Source: a virus (Duplodnaviria > Caudoviricetes). From it: a DNA stretch of 62,425 nt. The notes under the pieces were generated by a model. It was not told where the DNA came from. It saw only the letters and a list, made by a program, of their open reading frames with translations, and searched no databases. Shown one piece after another: positions 56,788 to 62,425 of the stretch. Position numbers and translations under genes: made by a program. Numbering within the stretch: position 1 is the first letter of the stretch; every line of letters starts with the position of its first letter. Location: positions 1 to 62,425 of the IMG/VR virus record IMGVR_UViG_3300000208_000001; one strand, given 5' to 3'.

Positions 56788-57744
56788 TACCTTGACCTTG
56801 ATTGCCTCCGCCACGTTGTTTTCGCGCCGGTCCACAATGTGGGCATATCGACTCGTCGTCCGCGGGTTTCTATGTCCAAGCAACTCCTGCACAGCCCGCA
56901 GGTCCCGAGTCGCCGCATAGGCCGCCGTCGCCGCGCTGTGTCGCAAAGCGTGCCCACTCAGCCTGGGCCGCTTCAGCCCCGCCTTCTCCAAGTACCCATC
57001 CACCACCAACCGAATTCCCCGTCTTCCCATGCGCTTCCCTCCGGCCCGGTTCCCCACGGCGACGAAGAGCGGCGTCCCCATGTCGTCCGGCACGACGCGG
57101 CCACGCCTGGCGATGTACTCGTCGAACAGGGCGCGCACGTCCTTACGGAGTTGGATCACCGTATCGTGATACTTCCCATGTACGAGCATCGAGCCATCGG
57201 GCCGTATGTCCTCGACGCTGGCTCTATGTGCTTCGATTTGCCGGCGCGCTTGCAAGCCCAAGAAGGCGAGGAGGGCTAGGTCGCGAAGCGACGCCTCCTT
57301 CCCGTCCCGCGGCACGGCGGCGAGGAGCCGAGCGAGTTCCTCCTCCGAGAGATAGGGGATGTCGTCCTCGGCGGATCGGTCCCGCGGCGGCTTCACGCCC
57401 GCGGCCGGGTTGTCGGTGCGGAGTCCCCGGTCGCGCGCCGCCTCGTAGAACCTGCGTATCACCGTCAGCTTGTGGGCGATGGTGCCGGGCTCGTAGTCCT
57501 GTTCGACGAGGTACTGCCGATATCTCTTGATGTCGTCCTCCGTCGCCCGCGCCGGCTCGACTCCCGCTTCCCGGCACCAGTCGACGTACTGTTCCACCTG
57601 AGAGAAGTAGCCGCGCACGGTATCCTCCGACGCATCGCCGTTGGCTACATCGAGATGGACGAAGACGGCGAAGGCGTCGAGCAGACTGTCGGTGGAAACC
57701 GCCGCTTCTTCGGGTTTTGCAAGTCCGAATAGTCTTGAAGGCAT
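56785..57744 (-). CDS. Tyrosine recombinase (XerC/D-like)
   Basis: SAM-like N-domain, HGK, GHALRHS, VQELLGH..PRTTSRY. Confidence 0.92.
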   Translation of the reverse strand: MPSRLFGLAKPEEAAVSTDSLLDAFAVFVHLDVANGDASEDTVRGYFSQVEQYVDWCREAGVEPARATEDDIKRYRQYLVEQDYEPGTIAHKLTVIRRFYEAARDRGLRTDNPAAGVKPPRDRSAEDDIPYLSEEELARLLAAVPRDGKEASLRDLALLAFLGLQARRQIEAHRASVEDIRPDGSMLVHGKYHDTVIQLRKDVRALFDEYIARRGRVVPDDMGTPLFVAVGNRAGGKRMGRRGIRLVVDGYLEKAGLKRPRLSGHALRHSAATAAYAATRDLRAVQELLGHRNPRTTSRYAHIVDRRENNVAEAIKVKV

Positions 57745-57759
57745 GTCGTTGCCTCCTCT

Positions 57760-57852
57760 CTAACTGAACGCATAACGCAGCGCCGCCGCCACCAACCGGA
57801 ACACGATCACGGCGACGATGGCCTGCACGATGTACGCCCGTATCACCTTCAC
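57760..57852 (-). CDS. 30-aa membrane peptide
   Basis: Coupled GTG start; hydrophobic. Confidence 0.35.
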   Translation of the reverse strand: MKVIRAYIVQAIVAVIVFRLVAAALRYAFS

Positions 57853-58166
57853 GGAGCGCCCGCCTCCTCGCGCTCGACGTGGCGATAGGCGGCGGTCATG
57901 TAGACCTTGTTGGCACTGGTGCCGCGCTCGCCGGCGAGGCGCTTCACGGCTTTGTGAAGGTCGACCGGGAGCCACAGTTTGCGCCGCGTGAGCTTGCCCT
58001 CGTATGTCGGCGTCGGATCGGCCGCGCCGTCTGCGATGTACCGCTCAACGGCGAAGCACAGCTCGCCGGTGAACTCACGCCAGTTGCGCTTCGCCAAGCG
58101 GTCCATGCGGTCGAACAGTTCTTGGGGGAATCGTATATCGAATTGGGTTTGTCCTGGCCTAGTCAC
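57849..58166 (-). CDS. Tandem ribbon-helix-helix regulator
   Basis: QFDIRFPQELFDRMDRLA and KLWLPVDLHKAVKRLAGERGTSAN. Confidence 0.7.
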   Translation of the reverse strand: MTRPGQTQFDIRFPQELFDRMDRLAKRNWREFTGELCFAVERYIADGAADPTPTYEGKLTRRKLWLPVDLHKAVKRLAGERGTSANKVYMTAAYRHVEREEAGAP

Positions 58167-58761
58167 GGGGAACGTCCTTCCGTGCGTCTCTGTTTCTCTC
58201 GTACATGAACACAGAATCATGCAGCCCCCACCATTGAGGAATGCGTACTTCGCGGACGAGCCTCCATCCCGTTTCAATCAAGTCGAAGAAGCGGTCATTC
58301 GCACAACAGCCCCCGCACCATTCGCCGATATAGACGAGTCGTTCTCCACGGTAAGCTAGGAGCGCCCTTTCCGCCATCTCGTCGTCGTATGGCGGCCAGC
58401 ACAGGAATAGTGTGCGGTCACTATGTTCGCTTGCCTTCTCCGGCCCGCCTATGGCAACGGGGAAGTACAGATTCGCATCGCACCATCGGTTCCGACCGGG
58501 CGCAATATCATAGGCGACGAGATCGGCACCTTTGAGTGTGAGCAGATAAGCCCAATAACCAGTTCCCGCACCGATTTCGACTATAGGCGACCATTCAGCA
58601 ATTGCATTAAGCGCCTCATCGTTCGGAATCGCCCATGCGTAGCGTTTCACGAGTTCTCGGCGAGCTGCGAAGGCGTCGATATTCGACGACGGCAAGCGCC
58701 AAGAATCGGCGGATATGATGTCCGGGTCGACCTTGAGCGCCTCCTCAAGCAAGGGGTTCAC
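58159..58761 (-). CDS. Class I SAM-dependent methyltransferase-like protein
   Basis: YAWAIP...IVEIGAGTGYW...LFLCWPPY. Confidence 0.75.
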   Translation of the reverse strand: MNPLLEEALKVDPDIISADSWRLPSSNIDAFAARRELVKRYAWAIPNDEALNAIAEWSPIVEIGAGTGYWAYLLTLKGADLVAYDIAPGRNRWCDANLYFPVAIGGPEKASEHSDRTLFLCWPPYDDEMAERALLAYRGERLVYIGEWCGGCCANDRFFDLIETGWRLVREVRIPQWWGLHDSVFMYERNRDARKDVPRD

Positions 58762-59800
58762 GGCGTTCCTCCTTTCTCGGTTTCACGCTTCGGACGGTCG
58801 GCGCGATGTCATCCAGGTCGCCGACGTTTACCGGGATCGGCGGGAGCCAGTGGAGCACGACGCGGCGTTTCGCCGGTTCGCTCCTCGGCCCCGTCCAATA
58901 GGCGTGCCAATGGGCGCATCGGATATGCGGTCTTGGCGATCTGCGGTCCGTCGTCTCGCCTTCGTCGGACGAACGCCGCCGTTCGTTCTCGGCCCGTCGC
59001 AGCGCCGCCCCAATGCGAAAGCCTGTCTGCCACACCGTGGGCTGATCAGGCGGGAAGATGCGCGGGCCGCGCTTCGTCCGCACAGGACGAGGGTATGTGG
59101 GGCGGCGGTCGCCGATGTACTCGGCCGCCGTCGAACATAGATAGAGCACGAGCGAGACGAGTGGAGTGACATAGGGCACCATTTGGCCAGGGGCGGTGAA
59201 CGCCTCCGGCGGAATCTCCATCCCCGCGCGCTCGGCCTGCCTGTTTGCCTCCTCCGCCATCGCCGCGAGCGATGCGGCGACATCGCCCGACATGTGGAGG
59301 GGGAGCGGTAGAAGGTCATCGAGGTCATCGCCGAAGTCGAGCAGGAAGCGCAGCTCGATCCGCCTGTCGTTCGCATCATGTTCGAGATGGGCGAAGAAGC
59401 CATGTAATGGGTCTGCCCCGAACATGTATCCCGGCGTCTCGATGTAAACGCACCACTCCGGCAGGCGCAGGATAATGTCCACTGGCAGGTCGCCTTCAAC
59501 GGGCGTTCCGCGCAATGCACGGTATAGGTCTGGGTCGAAGCGGTAGATTCCCTGGGTGACACGCCACGCCGCCAGTGCCGCCACTCGGGCGATGTCCTCA
59601 ATTTCGGGATCAAGCGGCGAAAGCATCCGCCCCCGGCTCACGATGGCATATGCGCCAGCCGCAGGAAGGAAACACCACTCGGGCCAGTCCGGGAGTCTCG
59701 TGCCCCGGTCGGCGCGCATCTCGTCGACCAGGCGCCATGCGTCCGGGTAGCGGCGCGACATGGCAATAAGGTGGCGCTTGGGACGGGGGATGTCAGACAC
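58745..59800 (-). CDS. acrVA2: AcrVA2/FinQ-family anti-CRISPR-like protein
   Basis: AWRVTQGIY, LPEWCVY, LYLC, RPHIRCAHWHAYWTG and WLPPIPVN match AcrVA2 family blocks as recalled. Confidence 0.75.
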   Translation of the reverse strand: MSDIPRPKRHLIAMSRRYPDAWRLVDEMRADRGTRLPDWPEWCFLPAAGAYAIVSRGRMLSPLDPEIEDIARVAALAAWRVTQGIYRFDPDLYRALRGTPVEGDLPVDIILRLPEWCVYIETPGYMFGADPLHGFFAHLEHDANDRRIELRFLLDFGDDLDDLLPLPLHMSGDVAASLAAMAEEANRQAERAGMEIPPEAFTAPGQMVPYVTPLVSLVLYLCSTAAEYIGDRRPTYPRPVRTKRGPRIFPPDQPTVWQTGFRIGAALRRAENERRRSSDEGETTDRRSPRPHIRCAHWHAYWTGPRSEPAKRRVVLHWLPPIPVNVGDLDDIAPTVRSVKPRKEERREPLA

Positions 59801-59839
59801 GGGATCACTCCTTCCGTGCCGATCATGCCGAACACAATG

Positions 59840-59890
59840 TCAGTTTTCGTCGGGCATCATCACCGTGATGACGGGCTCTAGGTTGTCACC
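59840..59890 (-). pseudogene. 3' relic of a DUF6573-like gene
   Basis: GDNLEPVITVMMPDEN* with no upstream gene body. Confidence 0.45.
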
Positions 59891-59968
59891 GGTCGATGTG
59901 TCGCGGAGGGTCCGCGGCGTGGTACAATAGCCGAGGACCCTCCGGGTTTCGCAGGCCGTCTCCTCCCC

Positions 59969-60463
59969 TCATGCCGTGAAGCGCCTCACAGCGACGATAC
60001 GCCCCGCGTCGTCGCGGATCGCAGACTCCGGCCCGGTGTCAGGAGCCACCACGTCTACGCGGCCTGAGCCGCGTAGAGCCGCAAGAACGAGCGCGGACAC
60101 GATGTACACGGTATCGCGTTCTGGATCGGGTAACCCCTCGACAGCCCCATACGTCTGTCGGACAGTGGGGACTCCGTGGGGCGTGTCAACGGGTTCTGTA
60201 ACAGTCGTCACCCGAGCGACAGTACCAGACGGCGGCACGGTGAGCTCATAGCCGTCGAATCGAATCGTCACCGCGTGGGGCGTCAGGTTGATGAAGCGGG
60301 TGTACCACCGTGTAATGTGGCTCGCGCCGTCGTCAAACGCCCCCAAACCGCCCTCGTACTCGGCCAGCGGACCGGCGTAGACAACCACCGGCCCGTGATC
60401 CTCGCCATGAGGACCATAAGCGTGGGCCTCGCGAGTCACAACACCATAGCCTTCCAGTTTCAT
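59969..60463 (-). CDS. Conserved phage hypothetical protein
   Basis: INLTPH...PPSGTVARV...GLP...YIVS motif; AGGAGG RBS. Confidence 0.7.
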   Translation of the reverse strand: MKLEGYGVVTREAHAYGPHGEDHGPVVVYAGPLAEYEGGLGAFDDGASHITRWYTRFINLTPHAVTIRFDGYELTVPPSGTVARVTTVTEPVDTPHGVPTVRQTYGAVEGLPDPERDTVYIVSALVLAALRGSGRVDVVAPDTGPESAIRDDAGRIVAVRRFTA

Positions 60464-60507
60464 CGCGCGCACCTCCTGTTGTGTTTGCGCCGCTCTTCGT
60501 CGGTGGC

Positions 60508-61059
60508 TCAGACCTCCACGGGGAGGTCCGGGTCCACCGGCTCGGACTCGGTGGGACGATGATCCTCCGGCCATGAGAACACTGGCCGCCCGTTCTCATC
60601 CCACTCCATGACCACTGGCACCAACCAGGCCGCGTACAAGAGCGGCGATTCCGGCCACTCGGAGCCGATCAAGCCGTAGTCGCGGGCGCACCGCAGGATG
60701 CCGCGCAATAGCGGCAGCGTAGAAGGCACCGGTTCGCACACCCAGTCCGCCCAGGGGCCATCCCAGCCTAGCAGGCTCCCCTCGAACGGACGACCATCGC
60801 GTCCGATGGCCTCCGTGGCTTGCCCCACTGCCTCTTCGGACAGTCCCACAAGCAGGATCTTGCGGTAGTTGGCGGCGACGATGACGCCTTCCGGCGCGAT
60901 CGGCGCGATCTGCTCATATGCCACCCCGCGCCGGGAGGCGTAAGGTGAGCACTGCCGGGACAGCGTCACCTTCACATACCCGTTTGCCAGCACCAAGTCG
61001 GTGCTGGAATTAAGACTTTCCAATGCCCCCTGCAAGTATCGAAAATCCACTTCGCGCAC
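60508..61059 (-). CDS. Hypothetical protein
   Basis: GGAGGGG RBS and GTG start. Confidence 0.55.
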   Translation of the reverse strand: MREVDFRYLQGALESLNSSTDLVLANGYVKVTLSRQCSPYASRRGVAYEQIAPIAPEGVIVAANYRKILLVGLSEEAVGQATEAIGRDGRPFEGSLLGWDGPWADWVCEPVPSTLPLLRGILRCARDYGLIGSEWPESPLLYAAWLVPVVMEWDENGRPVFSWPEDHRPTESEPVDPDLPVEV

Positions 61060-61164
61060 TGACGTCCCCTCCCTGTGGATGTTGTGCCGCTCTTCGCCAC
61101 GCCTGTCGGCGTGCCCACCCCGCGCCACGTGGAGGCGGCGGCTGTGCGGGGCATAACGCGGGGA

Positions 61165-61527
61165 TCACTCCCCGCAGGTATGACCGAACCGCTCCCGCAG
61201 GAACTCTGCGACGGCCCGCGGCGTCCACTCGGACGGATCGGAAGCGCCAGGGCCAATAGCGCGCTCCAGGTCGTCGGCAACCATCTCGAACCGGGCGCCA
61301 CAGTAGGCGCACCACAGCGGGCGGCGCACCATGTGCCACCCGTGGCGGATCACGGCTTCAGCCATTTCGTCCAACTCCTCCTGCGTCAGTGAGCACTCAC
61401 CGAACATCGCCTCGATGTTCTCGACCGTGAAATATGCGCGCACCTGCGCTTCCGACTGGAACAGATCGCCCGCATCGAAATTGGTGGCCTCGTGAATCCG
61501 CTCCCGCGTCCATGCCATGTGTGTCAT
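61165..61527 (-). CDS. Small acidic hypothetical protein
   Basis: GAGGAGG RBS. Confidence 0.65.
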   Translation of the reverse strand: MTHMAWTRERIHEATNFDAGDLFQSEAQVRAYFTVENIEAMFGECSLTQEELDEMAEAVIRHGWHMVRRPLWCAYCGARFEMVADDLERAIGPGASDPSEWTPRAVAEFLRERFGHTCGE

Positions 61528-61566
61528 CCTCCTCTGCCGCTCCCGGCGGCGTGGTGTGTGCGGTCT

Positions 61567-61626
61567 CCCGCGACCCTGGCGATGCCAGGGTTTCGGCCGC
61601 GGACCAGGCGGCCATCGTCAGGCGGG
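61567..61626 (-). ncRNA. Type I hammerhead ribozyme
   Basis: Minus strand CCCGC-CUGACGA-U-GGCCGC(CUGGUCC)GCGGCC-GAAAC-CCUGGC(AUC)GCCAGG-GUC^GCGGG: complete core and three fully paired stems. Confidence 0.9.
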
Positions 61627-61830
61627 CTGCAGGTCGATCAAATGCGCTACCTGCTCGATCCTGCACAGGTAGCGCCCGCACCTCCGGCCCTTGTTGGGGC
61701 CGGCAACTTCGACCACGTTCGTAACCGGCGCCCAATACACGTCGCCGTTCGGGTAGGCGAAAACCTCCATCCTGCCCCCTTCGAGACTCTCGCTGTACCC
61801 GAGGTGACCCAGGGACTTTTGGGTGTGCAT
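61618..61830 (-). CDS. 70-aa hypothetical protein
   Basis: AGGAGG RBS; its stop codon is the UGA of the ribozyme core. Confidence 0.65.
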   Translation of the reverse strand: MHTQKSLGHLGYSESLEGGRMEVFAYPNGDVYWAPVTNVVEVAGPNKGRRCGRYLCRIEQVAHLIDLQPA

Positions 61831-61964
61831 GTTGGCATCCTCCTTTTCGTGTACCTGTATTCGGGCTGCGCCCTTGAGCGTAGCGGGGGAGGGGATGGAC
61901 CTCCCCCGGCCCAGACCTTCCCAGGGCTGTACCTAGCGGACGTATTCGAGGACCGGCGGACTCG

Positions 61965-62210
61965 TCAGGCGGGGGCGGGCACGGCGGGTCCGACGAGGTA
62001 CCATCCGTGCCGGGTCTCGGCGACCATCGCGGTGTCGATCCATGCCAGAGCGTGCATCGCCCGGATCGCCGCCGTCAGTATGGCATCATCCTCCGCAGTG
62101 TGTCGATGCCGCCGCCCGAGGATGTGCTCGACATGCGCCCAGGTGAGCTGCACTGCCTCATGCTCGATCCCTCGATGGTCTGTGTACGTCGTCGTGAGCA
62201 GGTCGCTCAT
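61965..62210 (-). CDS. 81-aa hypothetical protein
   Basis: GAGGAGG RBS. Confidence 0.65.
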   Translation of the reverse strand: MSDLLTTTYTDHRGIEHEAVQLTWAHVEHILGRRHRHTAEDDAILTAAIRAMHALAWIDTAMVAETRHGWYLVGPAVPAPA

Positions 62211-62226
62211 CGTGTATCCTCCTCTC

Positions 62227-62280
62227 GGGTTTCGGCGGCCTTACCGCCATCATCAGCAGGGCTGTAGCTCCCTGGACCCC
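62227..62280 (-). ncRNA. Type III hammerhead ribozyme
   Basis: Minus strand GGGGUC^CAGGG(AGCUACAG)CCCUG-CUGAUGA-U-GGCGG(UAAGG)CCGCC-GAAACCC. Confidence 0.85.
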
Positions 62281-62367
62281 TAGCGCCTACTCTCTGACTC
62301 GGCCCGTCCACCGGCTCCCGCTCCCGCTCACATCGGTCTCCATGCGATCTCCGCCCGGTGCGCTCCG

Positions 62368-62425
62368 CCAACCGTACCCATAGGCGCTGGCTTCTATCGG
62401 CTCCCCCCGCTCCCCCCAGTGGGGA
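62368..62425. repeat. Right copy of 58-bp terminal direct repeat
   Basis: Matches 1-58 with 2 mismatches; suggests a circular or circularly permuted complete genome. Confidence 0.95.

Larger units (their letters stand above)
1..62425. mobile_element. Temperate tailed phage (siphovirus-type) genome, probably complete
   Basis: Full packaging, head, tail, lysis, lysogeny and replication modules; long tape measure; no tail sheath gene seen; terminal repeat. Confidence 0.93.

Noticed and set aside
59840-59875. Third hammerhead (GUGAUGA...CGAAA on the minus strand)
   Set aside because: The core reads GUGAUGA and stems I and III are missing; better explained as a coding relic (PVITVMMPDEN*).
59930-59970. 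Hammerhead 3' half GAAACCC-GGA-GGGUC
   Set aside because: No CUGAnGA core at a compatible position.
61940-61975. Intact hammerhead starting CUGACGAG
   Set aside because: No stem II closed by GAAA; kept only as a possible decayed element.
1-62425. tRNA or rRNA genes
   Set aside because: No cloverleaf or rRNA signature noticed by eye; tRNAscan was not run.

Overview
The window is an essentially complete ~62.4-kb, high-GC temperate siphophage genome whose two ends share a 58-bp direct repeat with 2 mismatches. The host is probably a diderm member of the Bacillota (inference from Firmicutes-type promoters, an SOS box, SleB and YezD domains, together with a GH108 lysin and beta-barrel-like genes). 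Rightward modules, in order: packaging (terS, ParB-MTase/nuclease/MTase, a degenerate TerL-ATPase paralogue, ssb, intein-containing terL), head, tail, lysis and a two-gene moron. These are followed by a lysogeny module (serine integrase, lipoprotein, Zn-ribbon repressor) and then recombination, replication and DNA-modification genes. A leftward operon (62.2->56.8 kb) encodes small unknown proteins, an AcrVA2-like anti-CRISPR, an RHH regulator and a tyrosine recombinase. The most striking signal is two complete hammerhead ribozymes (one type III, one type I) on the coding strand of this leftward operon; together they would excise a ~703-nt two-ORF RNA with ligatable ends. Other highlights are a catalytically dead terminase paralogue, a slippery-site/hairpin -1 frameshift signal in the moron, an SOS-box-controlled Zn-finger gene antisense to the repressor, and a one-strand GAGAC array upstream of terS. 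All protein calls come from motif recognition by eye; no database searches were run.
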